Numbered from the stretch's first letter, positions 1 to 14,299 are shown. The stretch is 64,000 nucleotides of DNA from Eledone cirrhosa (GCA_964016885.1 OZ024758.1:16182001-16246000), one strand, 5' to 3'. Notes: generated by a model not told the origin, from the letters alone. Numbers and translations: made by a program.

Positions 1-597
1 GAATTTGAACGAAATCGGTTGAAAAATGTGGGAGCTAGAGCCGAAAAGGCGGAAATTTGAGCGAAAAGGTGGTATTTTCGAATATTTAAGCGGCTGCCAC
101 CACGCCGTTCCTGAACAAAAAATCCAAAATGTAAAGCCACTTTAAGACGTGAAATAATCAGATCTAACGTAGACTAAAATTGAACAAAGTAGGTTGATTA
201 ATGTGGGAGCTAGAGCCGAAATTTGAGTCTGAAAGTAGTATTTTTGAATATTTAAGCGGCTGCCACGCCGTCCCTGAACAACAAATGCAAAATATAAAGC
301 GATTACAGGATGTGCAATGATAAATTCTATTTTGCTTTAAAATTTGAACGAAATCGGTGGCAAAATGTGGGAGCTAGAGCCAAAAATCTTATTTTTCGAT
401 ACCTAAATGGTGACCCCCCCCCCTATCGATTTTTATCTGAAGAATGACCCCGGAATAAAAAAAACGATACGCTGATTTATAGAAAACACTCCTCGATGAC
501 TAATCTATGACCCTGTAAAGTTTCATGAAAATCGGTCGTAAGATGTAGGCCCTTATAGGTAATACACAGACACACATACTTAATTTTATATATATAC
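1..597 (-). mobile_element. Non-autonomous Helitron-like element (5' portion; runs off window start)
   Basis: Minus strand begins tatatatataaaattaagtatgtgtgtctgtg...ccgattttcatgaaacttt, like the Helitron 5' end at 21104. Three ~165-bp internal repeats contain aatgtgggagctagagcc. Confidence 0.55.
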
Positions 598-1133
598 ATA
601 TATATATATATATATTAATAAAGAAATGAAAATGTTATCAGTCTAAATGTAACGTGATCAATATAATCGATTACAACCCTTGGAAGCGGGGCTTCAATAT
701 GGTTACACTCGAATGATTGAAACTAAAAAAGGAATAAATTGAATGAAATAATTATTAACAAAGGCACCGAGCTGAAAAGTTTTGGGAAGAGGAGTAGAGC
801 AGCCAATTAAATCGACCGATTGCTTAATTGGTATTTTAATTTATCGACCGCGGAACGATGAAAGACAAAGTCACCCTCTGTGGGATTTGAAATTAGAAAG
901 TAATTAAACTGTACAAATTATTTTATATGGCGCTATACTAGTTCTGCAATTCGAAATTAAATTCCATTTTGAGTTAATATGCCAATGCTGAAATAATAGC
1001 TGGTGACGTCGTTGAAGTTCAACTTTCATTGCTGCTAGAGTATATTCTCATTTATGCTTGACTTTTAAAATAACCAACGTTGTTATGTATCTGGTAATAT
1101 GTGGGTGATAAAATGCGTATATACACATATGTA

Positions 1134-1437
1134 GGCGGCGAATTAACAGAGTCGTTAGGACATCGGATAGATTGCTTTACGGTATACGATCCGGCTCTCT
1201 GCCCTCTGAGTTCAAATCTCGCCGAGGTCGATAAAAAAAGAACCAATCTAGTACTGAGGTCGATTCCTCCTCTGTATTTCTTTGTTACTTCTTTTCTCTC
1301 ACTCTCTATCTTTCTCTGGGAGAAATCTACTGTACTCAGGCTTAGAGAGGGATGGACTCCGCCAGGCTTAAAATGCCCAAACGCCGTATGTCAATACATC
1401 TCCCCTGCGACTCTATCAGGAGTTACGGGTCCACAGA
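1134..1437 (+). mobile_element. tRNA-derived SINE family B
   Basis: B box gagttcaaatctc, central gaggtcgataaaa, 3' ...aggagttacgg followed by a (CATA)n tail. Paralogs at 1540, 19068 and 52252. Confidence 0.7.
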
Positions 1438-1539
1438 TACATACATACATACATACATACATACATACATACATACACACACGTTGTTATGTATCTAGTA
1501 ATATATGGGTGATAAAATGTGTGTATACTCATATGTAGG

Positions 1540-1870
1540 AAGAGAATTATCAGGGTCTTTAGTGGCGTCGGATAGAATGCTTTGCAGTATCCATCTGGAA
1601 TCTCTACTCTCTGAGTTCAAATACCGCCGAGGTAAACGTTGCCTTACACTCATTTTAGGTCGATAAAATGTACCAGTCTAGTACTGAGGTCAATTCTTCA
1701 TCTATAGCTCTTTCTCACATCCTTTCTCTCACTCTCTTTATCTTTCTTTTTGGAAAAAGTCTGCTGTATTCAGACCTAAAGAGGAGATGGGCTCTGCCAG
1801 GTTTATAAATGCCCTTCCTAACACCATATGTCAATATGGCACCCCTACAACTCTTTCAGGAGCTACAGGC
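1540..1870 (+). mobile_element. tRNA-derived SINE family B (part of a local tandem duplication with flank)
   Basis: Same layout as 1134-1437. The upstream flank gttatgtatct..gtaatat..gggtgataaaatg is also duplicated. Confidence 0.7.
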
Positions 1871-2063
1871 ACATACATACATACATACATACATACAATG
1901 CGTGTATACACACATGTAGGTGGCAAATTAGAAGGGTCTTTAGGGGCGTCGGATGCGGCTCTGGTTATCTAAGCGTAGGGCAAAATGTTTTTGTACCAGG
2001 TACTGCATTTAGAGTCCAATACAATATATAGAAACCCGTTGTATTATTGTATTAGTCTATTAG

Positions 2064-2282
2064 GGGCGGTGGATTGGCCGTATCGATAGAGGGTCGGACG
2101 CCACGCTTTGCAGCATAGAGTTACGTCCCTTTATGATCTGAGTTCAAATCCCGCCGAGGTTAACTTTGGCTTTCATCCTTACGGGGTCGATAAAATAAAG
2201 TACTAGTCACGCACTGGGGTCGATTTAATCGACTTTCCCCACCCTCGAAATTGCTGGCCTTGTGCCTATATAAGAAACCATT
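2064..2282 (+). mobile_element. tRNA-derived SINE family A, full-length
   Basis: A box tggccgtatcg, B box gagttcaaatcc, central domain gctttcatccttacggggtcgataaaataaagtac, 3' ggccttgtgcc..agaaac. Confidence 0.85.
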
Positions 2283-3115
2283 GTTGTATTAGTCTATGTA
2301 TCTCTTATACAAATGTCAAATCGATCTACTAAGCAGCCCCATCCACCACATTAGACATTAACTATTTTGGAGAACCTCCATCATTGACCATCCCCCCTCT
2401 CAAGTAAACCATACGTAGCTGTTCTTACTGTAACCAATGGCGAGTAAGTTAAAACATTACAATATACATATTTTGGGTAAATTATTTATAATTCAGCCGT
2501 ACGTAATATCATAAATAGAACAATAAGCTGATATAATATAGATTTTAGTTAGGTAACATACATTTTAAATATCATACATTCAAAATATGTTACAGTTTGG
2601 TTAACCTATATATTCATAATTTCTAGCTTGATCGATAAACATACAGCAGCAATTTACTAAGCTTCATTTGATTGATTTTAACACCCATCTATAAAATAAC
2701 AGCTTTGTATTTTGTCAAAATAAATTATGAATAAAAGACAACCAGAATGTATTGCATTTATGATTTGTGTTGCGATTCTACTTTTATAATATATGCCAAC
2801 GACTTTCTTTTTCAAATAATATTTGACAGAAATTCTCAACATATATTGTACCGACGTCAAAACGCCGGAAACAAATGTAAGATATATGTGATAGATTGCT
2901 ATGTAAACATCAATATAGAAGTAGTCCGAATCATCATCTTTGTGGATGATATAGATTTTTCATTCGTGTAAATACTCGATAAAAGCAAATAATACAAAAT
3001 TGTATATTCTGGATTAGTGGTTGTGGGATTCCGACAGATGATAGAATGGAAAATAATTGGACCGGAGAAATTTGATCAGGATTTTAGAGAATAAAATAAA
3101 ACAGATTATAATATA

Positions 3116-3707
3116 ATTGTTTCTACTTTAGGCACAAGGCCAGCAAATTACTCAGTACATTACTGGTACTTTATTTTATCGACCCCGTAAGGATGAAAGG
3201 CAAAGTTAACCTCGGCGGGATTTGAACTCAGACTGTAAAGGGAGGTAACTATGCTAGAAAACATGGCGTCCAACCCTCTACCGATACTGCCAATTCACTA
3301 TAATATAATATAGTATAATATAATATATAATATAAATTAATTAATTGTTTCTACTTTAGGCACAAGGCCAGCAATTTACCAGTACATTACTGGTACTTTA
3401 TTTTATCGACCCCCGTAAGGATGAAAGGCAAAGTCAACCTCGGCGGGATTTGAACTTAGATCGTAAAGGGACGTAACTATGCTGGAAAGCATGGCGTCCG
3501 ACCCTCTACCGATACTGCCGATCCACCGCCTTATAAATTAATTAATATAATATAATAAATATAATTGTTTCTACTTTTTGGCACAAGGCCAGCAATTACC
3601 CCAGTGCATTACTGGTACTTTATTTTATCGACCCCGTAAAGATGAAAGGCAAAGTTAACCTCGGCGGGATTTGAAATCAGAACGTAAAGGGCCATAACTC
3701 TATGCTG
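3116..3707 (-). mobile_element. Three SINE family A copies (3116-3299, 3345-3531, 3564-3707)
   Basis: Reverse complements of the 2064 consensus, separated by (TAATA)n tracts. Confidence 0.85.
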
Positions 3708-4756
3708 AATAATAGAATAATAAAAAAATATAATATAATACAATAAAATGAAACAAAACAAAATAAAACAATAAAAAATAGAATAAAATATAACAAAATC
3801 AATCACAAATGAGAAGATATTGAGTTCAGGGATAAGAATTGTATTTAGTTGTCTTATCTTTTTACCTCCAAGAAAGAAGATCAAATAACCAAACACTGAA
3901 AATATAAGTAATGATAAATGAATGAGAAAAACAAATCTACTTATTCCTGGCCAGGAGATAAATGTGTTGACTTTACAAAAGTGTGCGGAGTTCTGTTCTC
4001 TTGAACACAGCTAGCATCACTATCAGAGTTATTTATTTTAAGATTCTTCTAACATTTCGTTAGTTTGTTTGTAGTATTGCTTTATGGAGCATCTTGAATT
4101 TCTCATTATTATCTCATTCTACTATTTGCAGCTGTATAATTCCTTCAGAGATTCTGCTTCTGCTTGTATATTGTATATTGTATATTGTATATTGTTCTAC
4201 CTTGTGTTTTAAACTATATCGATCATATTCTACTGTATCGATCATTTATGCTTGAAGTAAGACCCTTACAGAGAAGTTAATTGCCATCTTTGACGTGTTT
4301 TCCAATGTTTTTCAGCTGTTTACAGTTGATGATTAACGATGGACCTTGCATCAGTTAGAATTCAAATTGATTTAACGATTAACAGAACAAGAGCGAAATG
4401 GTTCATTATTTCAGCATCACAGTTGTTGTTTTATTCAACTTCATACTAATGAAGGCGTTAATTCGTTTTATAAAGATTTTACAAAGAGTTTGTACAGGCT
4501 CACGCGAGGGTTTTGTCGATAAATCTTTCCTGAAATTATCAATACAATGAAAATAGACAAAAGACATAAAAAGATTTCAACATATTTCTGCTTGTACTCT
4601 GGTAAAATAGCAATACCCTACATCGGAGAGAGAGAAAGAGAGAGGGGAGAGGGAGTAGAGAGAAACAGAGGGGAGAGAAAGAGAAGGGAAGAAAGAGTGC
4701 GAGTGAAAGAGAAAGAGAGAAAGTATATTTGAGACGACGTGACAGATAGATAGATA

Positions 4757-4833
<77 letters not shown>

Positions 4834-4847
4834 GTAATAATAATAAA

Positions 4848-5019
4848 TTTGAAGACTAAAATCCAAAGAGGGCTCGATAAGGATAAATATATATCAAATA
4901 TATAAGAACCGTAAAGCAAATATTTATTAAAATAACAGATTAAAGTTTAAGCAAAGAATCGCTGCTTTCACCCTTAGGTGATTCTTTGCTTAAACTTTAA
5001 TCTGTTATTTTAATAAATA
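4848..5019 (-). mobile_element. Short fold-back insertion between (TA)n tracts
   Basis: Perfect 40-bp inverted arms 4921-4960 / 4980-5019 with a 19-nt loop, plus a one-sided tail. Confidence 0.6.
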
Positions 5020-5040
5020 AATATATATATATATATATAT

Positions 5041-5460
5041 ACACGGGTGTGTATGATTGTGTATAGAATATTATATTAATAAAAGGAATACCAACTTTGT
5101 CTGATTTACTCGTTTTATTTACAATCCTTTAAAATTATAATGATATTATAATGAAATAGTATGGTAGAATATTAAATGTTAAATATTAATTGAACATGTA
5201 CTTTCATGGTTTCGCAATCAAGTTTGCAATTTTCAACAGTTGAAAATTGCAAACTTGGCTGTCACCACACAATATGAACCTGAAGATTGCGAAAGCATGA
5301 AAGTACTTGTTCAATTAACACTTAGCATTTAATATTCTACCATACTATTTCATTCTAATACCATTATAAATTTTAAAGGATTGTAAATAAAACGAGTAAA
5401 TCAGACAAAGTTGTAATTCCTTTTAATAAAATAATCTTATATACACAATCATACACACCC

Positions 5461-5464
<4 letters not shown>
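5041..5464. mobile_element. Fold-back element (PLE-like) flanked by (TA)n on both sides
   Basis: Imperfect ~180-bp inverted arms (acacgggtgtgtatgattg ... caatcatacacacccgtgt) with an inner hairpin; contains an HHR motif. Confidence 0.7.
5275..5313 (+). ncRNA. Minimal type I hammerhead ribozyme (candidate)
   Basis: tgaac-CTGAAGA-t.tgc gaaa gca.t-GAAA-gtac-TT-gttca. Stem I is tgaac/gttca; stem III is the palindrome AGTACT. Confidence 0.6.
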
Positions 5465-5516
<52 letters not shown>

Positions 5517-5584
5517 GAGAGAATAGGTGATACATATATTTATATAAGTGTGTGTGTGCGCATGGATATATGTATATATATATA

Positions 5585-6134
5585 TGGTGGCTGCCAACTC
5601 GTTTTCGAGTACGGCCACTACTTTATATCCATGTAGGAGAACCCCTACCGATGCGCTGAACGAGTGTGACTTTTTAGTCCAGCCAGCGACTTGAAAACTC
5701 TGGTACAAACACTACACTTGTGACAATTATTGACACATAGTGCTGGGCCTATGGTACCATGTGACGACAAGTGCAGAGAGATCTCCAGATATAAAGCAAT
5801 GCCTGTGCCGTGAAGCTTTTATAGTGAGCAAAGGCACTGCACAAAGCCAGTCCCACTCTCTTAACGAAGATGATATTTACCAAAGAGAAGAACAAGTGAA
5901 CATCATTGGATACCATCAGGGTTGCAGGTGTTATATCAGAGTTTTCCTTCTCCTAGAATTCTGCCTTGACAAATGCTAAGGGGTCATCTCTCCCGGTGAT
6001 TTTGGATGGCCATTGACTCTTAAGAGCTCCTTTGCCCTTTGACAGGTTTTCTTTTTAGTCCTGCAGGATGTCCAAAGTCACCCTCCTCACCAAGAAACCT
6101 TGGTGGGGTTGCCAGTTTAGTCGCCAACGACCCG
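5585..6134 (-). mobile_element. RTE-LINE-derived non-autonomous retroelement in (TA)n
   Basis: Minus strand encodes a C2H2-like terminal motif ([15 protein letters not shown]) as at RTE ORF ends and finishes ...gttggcagccacca(TA)n. Copies at 60321 and 63705. Confidence 0.65.
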
Positions 6135-6187
6135 ATATATATATGTATATATATATACATATACATATATATATACATACATATACA

Positions 6188-6221
<34 letters not shown>

Positions 6222-6303
6222 CATATATATATACATACATATATATATATATTATATATATACATACGTATACATATATATATACATACATATACATATA
6301 TAT

Positions 6304-6376
<73 letters not shown>

Positions 6377-6564
6377 CACATATATATATACATACACATA
6401 TATATATACATACACATATATATATATATACATACACATATATATATACATACACATACATATATATATACATACACATACATATATATATACACACACA
6501 TATATATGTTTGAGACAGCAAAATCTCAGCCATCGAGTCCTGACACTTTATAATATATATATAC

Positions 6565-6657
<93 letters not shown>

Positions 6658-7571
6658 GATGTATATATATACATACACTCCCAAACACACACAAACACAC
6701 ACATATATATATATATATATATACACATACACACACACATGATATATAGAAGAGAATGAATAAGCTTTAGAGAAATCAATAATTTAATTCGTTATTTTGA
6801 ACCTTTGAAAAGTCTAATAAGTTGGAAACAAATATTCTGATGCAAACATTTGCAGCGTTTGACTTCAATACTTCATATTTGCTAGATATCCTCACTATTA
6901 ACATGGTCAATCTAAGAATTGTATTCAACATCAAATAAACATATATATACATGTGTGTGTGTATGTATATATATATGTGTGTGTATGTATATATATGTAT
7001 ATTTATATATATATATGTGTGTATGTATATATATGTATATATATATATATATATGTATATATAAGTATATTTATATATATATATGTGTGTATGTATATAT
7101 ATATATATGTATATATATGTATATTTATATATATATATGTGTGTATGTATATATATGTATATATATATATATGTGTGTATGTATATATATGTATATATAT
7201 ATATATATGTGTATGTATATATATGTATATATATATGTGTTTGTATATATATATGTATATATATATATGTATATATATGTATATTTATATATATATGTGT
7301 GTATGTATATATATGTATATATATATATATGTGTGTATGTATATATATGTATATATATATATATGTGTGTATGTATATATATGTATATATATATATATGT
7401 GTGTATGTATATATATATGTATATATATATATGTGTGTGTATGTATATATATATGTATATTTATTTATATGTGTGTATGTATATATATGTATATATATAT
7501 ATATATGTGCGTATATATGTATATATATATATATGTATGTATAACTATATATGTATATATATATAAATATT

Positions 7572-7631
<60 letters not shown>

Positions 7632-7662
7632 TGTATATATATTATATTTGTACACACACACT

Positions 7663-7776
<114 letters not shown>

Positions 7777-8082
7777 CACTCATATTCGCACCAGTGCGCA
7801 CGGTGAAAACGTTTGCTTTTAGCGAGTTGTAGTTTCATTTAAACATACAGATATAAGGCGAACCTAATTAATTAAAATCTTCAGCTGTAACAAAGTTGAC
7901 ACAATGGAGTTTGCATTAAGAACGACCGCGGTTATACTGACTACTGCAGCTGTCACTTGCAATCGAGTATGACTTGGTAGTTATATATGAGGGGATCGAT
8001 AAATATATCGGAATTGATGGGATTCGTACGTATACATGTTGTTGCTGGGAGTTAAGCAGGGTGGCCCAGAGAATACAAATGC

Positions 8083-8256
8083 CGGCTGGAAATTTCTGAG
8101 GCCGACCAAGATACTCTCATGGAATGACCAAATGTGGTCCCTGGAAAGAAACAATGCAGTATTATTAATATGAACAGTTGAAATCAATGCATGAAAGATT
8201 TCACAACTCTAACATCACTCCTTCACAGTCAATCCATGCAATTTTCAGTCTACCCT

Positions 8257-8258
<2 letters not shown>
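8083..8258 (+). mobile_element. Mariner-type MITE (degenerate)
   Basis: Shares gaccaagatactctcatggaatgaccaaatg and ccctggaaagaaacaatgcag with the 37800 copy. Confidence 0.65.
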
Positions 8259-8333
<75 letters not shown>

Positions 8334-8336
<3 letters not shown>

Positions 8337-8472
8337 GGAGGTGAGTTTTATTGTAGTACAATAAAGCAATGCAGATATCGGATAAGTAGCACTCTACAGT
8401 TTGTAGGACTGGAGTATAAATAATATATAAGATCAAAAGATGGTTCTTTTAACCATCTTTTGATCTTATATA
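8334..8472 (-). mobile_element. Short fold-back insertion inside (TA)n
   Basis: Hairpin tatataagatcaaaagatggtt-ctttt-aaccatcttttgatcttatata plus a ~90-nt one-sided tail containing GAGTGCT (minus strand). Confidence 0.6.
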
Positions 8473-10778
8473 TATATACATTTGTATATATATATATACA
8501 AATGTATATATATATATATATATATACATTTGTATATATATACAAATGTATATATATATATACAAATGTATATATATATATATACATTTGTATATATATA
8601 TATATACAAATGTACATATATATACATTTGTATATATATATATATACAAATGTATATATATATATAGATATATATATATACAAATGTATATATATATACA
8701 AATGTATCTATATATATACATTTGTATATATATATACATTTGTATATATATATTCATTTGTATATATATATACATTTGTATATATATTACATATACATAT
8801 GTATATATATTACATATACATATGTATATATATTACATGTACATATGTATATATATTACATATACATATGTATATATATTACATATACATATGTATATAT
8901 ATTACACATACATATGTATATATATTACATATAAATATGTATATATATTATATAAATGTATATATATTACATGTACATATGTATATATATTATATATATG
9001 TATATATATTACATATACATATATATATATATATATAACATATATATATATATATATATATATATGTAATATATATATATATATATATTACATATATATA
9101 TATATATTACATATATATATATATATATTACATATATATATATGTATATATATTACATATACATATATTACATATACATATATTACATATACATATATTA
9201 CATATATATATATATTACATATATATATATTACATATACATATATATATATATTACATATATACATATATATATATCACATATACATATATATATATATT
9301 ACATATATACATGTATATATATTACATATACATTTATATATATATTACATATATATATATATTATATATATATATGTAATGTATATATATTACATATACA
9401 TATATATATATTACATATATATATGTAATATATATATATATATATATCACATATATATATGTAATATATATATATTACATATATATATATAATATATATA
9501 TATTACATATATATATATTACATATATATATATAATATATATATATTACATATATATATATTACATATATATATATTACATATATATATGTAATATATAT
9601 ATATATCACATATATATGTAATATATATATATTACATATATATAATATATATATAGTACATATATATATGTAATATATATATATATCACATATATATATG
9701 TAATATATATATATATCACATATATATATGTAATATATATATTATATATATATAATATATATATATTACATATATACATTACATATATATATGTATATAT
9801 ATTACATATACATATATATATATATTACATATACATATATATATATATTACATATATACATGTATATATATTACATATACATTTATATATATATTACATA
9901 TATATATATTACATATATATATATGTATATATATTACATATACATATATATATATATATTACATATATATATTACATATATATATCGTAAAAATTGTATG
10001 TAAACCGCCATAAAAATCATAACGTTTTATTTTTCCCTCGATATATACTTCGAATACTGTTGCTATTCGAAACAAATATTAACACTTTTAAGTAAAGGAA
10101 TGACTTTTAAACACAATTGGATGCAAAAACCATAGAATTTTAACGAATTTCTAGGTTAAAGTAGATCAAAAAGACGGTCAAACATTTATCAAATTATTCT
10201 ATCAGAGTTGATACTGAAGATATGCTAACCTAGCTTTTATTGATCCATTCCATTTATAATGGAAAAAGAGTTTTTGCATTGCATGCTGTGACTAGAACTA
10301 TACAGACATCTCAGCAATATTGCATGCCAAGAATTATCTGTTTAGTAATCAATTGACTAGTTTTGTAAGTACATAACATCGGAGTTGCTTATAAAAGGAA
10401 GATAAAAAAAAATTGAATTTCATTGCTCAAGCCTGATACAAAGACATTAACAAATTCAAAGAAATTTAATATAACCGTTTTCAATGTTATTCTCTTCGAT
10501 GTAATATTTTCGTTTCTTTTTGCGTTCTTTTAAACTCCATCACGAAACATTATTTTTTTTTATTAAAACATCCAATTTCTGGGGAAATAACATTTAGATA
10601 AATATCTTTAAAACACGGAATGAAATAAAACTGCTATTTAAGATGTATTGATAAAAATCTACAAAAATGCTATGATCAGCTAGTGGTAATCGCTAGGAGG
10701 TCTGCAGTGGTCTCAGATAACCACAGCTCAGAAGCAAGCTCACGGAGTTATAATTCTTACGTTCTGGTTTCAAATTAA

Positions 10779-11202
10779 GAGATCACAGCTCCGATACATT
10801 GAGCATGTGGTTAGAATATCTCAGAAAAGAATCGCTGGACAGATTTGTAGCTCAGAGATCATAGAGTCACTTTAGGTGGAGCTGCTGTTTCTCTGAAACT
10901 GAGAGATCACATTTCCGATACTATGGGCATGTGGTTAGAATGTCTCAGGAAAGAATCGGTGGATGGATTTGTAGCTCAAAGAGTCACTCCAAATAGAGCC
11001 GCTACTTCTCCTAATTGAGAGACCATAGCTCCGATACTATGGGCATGGGGTTAGAATGTCTCAGGAAATAATCGCTGGACAGATTTGTAGCTCGGAGATC
11101 AGAGAGTCTCTCCAGGTTGAGCTACTACTTCTCTGAATTGAGAGATCACAACTCCGATACTGTGCGCATGGGGTTAGAATAACTCAGGAAAGAATCGCTG
11201 GA
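10779..11202. repeat. ~120-bp tandem repeat, ~3.5 diverged copies
   Basis: Recurrent gagatcacagctccgatac...ggttagaat.tctcaggaaagaatcgctgga. Confidence 0.85.
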
Positions 11203-11252
11203 TACATACACATACATATTAATATATACATACACAACCATTGGGACTCACA

Positions 11253-11290
<38 letters not shown>

Positions 11291-11294
<4 letters not shown>

Positions 11295-11482
11295 AACAAG
11301 TAAGACCCCGACGGTTGAGCTCAAGCCGTTTCGACGGCTAATTCTGGACTGGAATTAGCCGTCGAAACGGCTTGAGCTCAGCCGTCGGGGTCTTACTTGT
11401 TCCTATTACCCACTCTACTACCCTAAGTATTGAGTACTTTGGTGCGTTATGGTCCACCTGGTTCCTTACCACTTTTCCTTCG

Positions 11483-11484
<2 letters not shown>
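11291..11484 (+). mobile_element. PLE family A fold-back terminal fragment in (TA)n, with HHR 3' half
   Basis: Arms 11291-11344 / 11352-11405. Contains GAAA-cggct tgagctc agccg-TC-ggggtc and an ~80-nt tail shared with 40925, 49500 and 58214. Confidence 0.75.
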
Positions 11485-11543
<59 letters not shown>

Positions 11544-11883
11544 AAATGAGAGATAGTAATATAGATATTTATAGTAAATAGATGCAATACACATTTGTGA
11601 CCTTTGTATTTATATAAGTATACGATCCATTCACGCATCCAGACGCAAACACACACACGTGTATGCGTATCTGTGTATTTGGGGGAAACCACGTGTCTGT
11701 TTGTGTGTGTAACCATGTGTATGGTAAATAGGATTACATATGTAAACACATATGTAAAGGTTTCGTGCAACCAAATTTGTTCAACTGTAAACTAGCTAGC
11801 AAGTTGTATAAAACCTTTTCCTGTGGATTTGTAATCCTATTTCGACTGAATTGATACTTTTGTATACAGAGAGTAAATGTAAT

Positions 11884-11946
<63 letters not shown>

Positions 11947-12005
11947 GTGTGTGTATATATAGTGGTACCTTTGTTGTAGAACTAAACCTCCATTTCTCTA
12001 TCTCG

Positions 12006-12113
<108 letters not shown>

Positions 12114-12145
12114 ACATGTATATATATATATATATATAACACATG

Positions 12146-12189
<44 letters not shown>

Positions 12190-12330
12190 TATATATATAT
12201 AAATATATATATATTTACACACACGCGCACACACAGATGTATATATATATACATATATATATAAATATATATATATATTTACACACGCATTCACACACAT
12301 GTATATATATATATATACATATATATATAT

Positions 12331-12436
<106 letters not shown>

Positions 12437-12516
12437 GTATATATATATATACATATATATTTGTATATATATAAATATATATACATATATATTTACACAC
12501 ACACATACACCCCCCC

Positions 12517-12565
<49 letters not shown>

Positions 12566-12619
12566 TATAGTTATGGTTCTAACACCTATTTTACATATCT
12601 TCCTTTTTTCTCATTTCAG

Positions 12620-12678
12620 GTGAACGACTTCTGGAAGGAGAAGCCCCCGAAGTTGTTAAGGTCGACAATCAATGTTAA
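12620..12678 (+). CDS. Candidate terminal coding exon ((G)[18 protein letters not shown]) of an unidentified gene
   Basis: Strong polypyrimidine acceptor tcttccttttttctcatttcag|G, non-repetitive GC-richer sequence, in-frame TAA, then A-rich UTR-like sequence. Frame and gene are unconfirmed. Confidence 0.3.
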
Positions 12679-12883
12679 CATTGCTTTTATGTATCTGCAA
12701 AATTCAGGAACACGACAAACAAGAAGAAAAAAACAAACATAACAGAAGAAAAAAAAACGAACATAACAACAACAAATTCAAATTCAAACAAACAAACAAA
12801 AGAAAATATAAAATGAATGGAAAAGATAAAAAAAAACAAAAAACAGAGATACAGTTTGGTGGATGTGAAATGTTATCACTTAA

Positions 12884-13320
12884 CCCTACACTTTAGCATT
12901 TATATTACTCTATATTTACTATTGTATTTTCACAGTCAGGGATGAATCTCTCATAATTATCTCACATAATATCATATCTGTGAGATTTTGATATGATTTA
13001 TTTTGAGAACAATACATTAACATCAGTATGAGTAGCGAATTACGGCTGGTTTGAACAGAAAGAGGTGAGAGAAAACTGGCCGGAGATGGTCAGTTTAAAT
13101 GCTAAAAAGGGTCAAAATATAAATAATTTTTTTTTTTTTAATCATTACGGTTGGCTTGAACAAAAAGAGGTGAGAAAATACTGGCCGGAGATGGTCAGTT
13201 TAAATGCTAAAAAGGGTCAAAATATAAATAATTTTTTTTTTTTTTTATTATTACGGTTGGCTTGAACAAAAAGAGGTGAGAAAATACTGGCTGGAGATGG
13301 TCAGTTTAAATGCTAAAGGG
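12884..13320. mobile_element. piggyBac-type MITE with internal ~105-bp triplication
   Basis: TTAA|CCCT(acac)ttagcattt ... aaatgctaaAGGG|TTAA. The subterminal unit ttacggttggcttgaacaaaaagaggtgag...aaatgctaaaaagggtc occurs 3 times. Confidence 0.7.
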
Positions 13321-13579
13321 TTAAAATATAAATGCATTGTTTTTTTTTTTATCCGTATTCATTTATTGCAAAAAATCAAAGAAAAAAAAAGACATAACAT
13401 AAACCTCTTGAAAAATAAAGTATGAAAAAAAACAACATATAGTAAGAAACCAAAGAAAATTAAGTTGAGGCTGTGACACACAAATCAAAATCAACGATCG
13501 ATGGATGAGGGTTAATCATATAGAGATATTCATTCAGAGTGTGAGACTGAAAATCGATAATATGTTATAGATAAGTAAT

Positions 13580-14211
13580 AATTGTTTCTACTTTTGGCAC
13601 AAGGCCAGCAATTACCCGAGTGTATTACTGGTACTTTATTTTATCGACTCCGTAAGGATGAAAGGCAAAGTTAACCTCGGTGGGATTTGAACACAGAATG
13701 GCAAGGACTGTAGGTTTCTCATATAGGTACAAGGCCAGCAATTTTGGGAGAGGGGGAAGTCAATTAAATTGACCCCAGTGCGTGAGTGGTATTTATTTTA
13801 CCGACCCCGTAAGGATGAAAAGCAAAGTTAACTTCGGCAGGATTTAAAATCAGATCATAAAGGGCCGTAACTCTATGCTAAAAAGCATGGTGTCCGACAC
13901 TCTACTGATACTGCCAATCCACCGCCCTCATAGATAAGTAATAATAATAATAATTGTTTCTACTTTTGGGACAAGGCCAGACATTTGAAACAGGGGGGAG
14001 GGGGGTCGAAAGTTGCTTAAATTGACTTCAGTGCATTACTGGTACTTCATTTTATCGACGCTGTAAGGATGAAGGGCAAAGCTAACCTCGGTGGGATTTG
14101 AACTCAGAACGTAAAGGGCCATAATAACTATAGTTTCTGCTTTAGGCACAAGGCCAATAGTTTGGTGGCAGGAGAAAGCCGATTAAATTCACTCCAGTGC
14201 ATTACTGGTAC
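13580..14211 (-). mobile_element. Cluster of 4 SINE family A copies/fragments
   Basis: Repeated tttctactt..ggcacaaggccagc and ttatcgaccccgtaaggatgaaaggc. Confidence 0.8.
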
Positions 14212-14299
14212 TCCTCCTCCTACTACTACTACTACTATACTACTACTAGTACTACTGTTACTACTACTACTACTACTAAGGATTTTTTTAAGGACGAGG

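Noticed and set aside
2064-2160. tRNA genes suggested by A/B boxes (many sites)
   Set aside because: No cloverleaf; each continues into a SINE body and tail.
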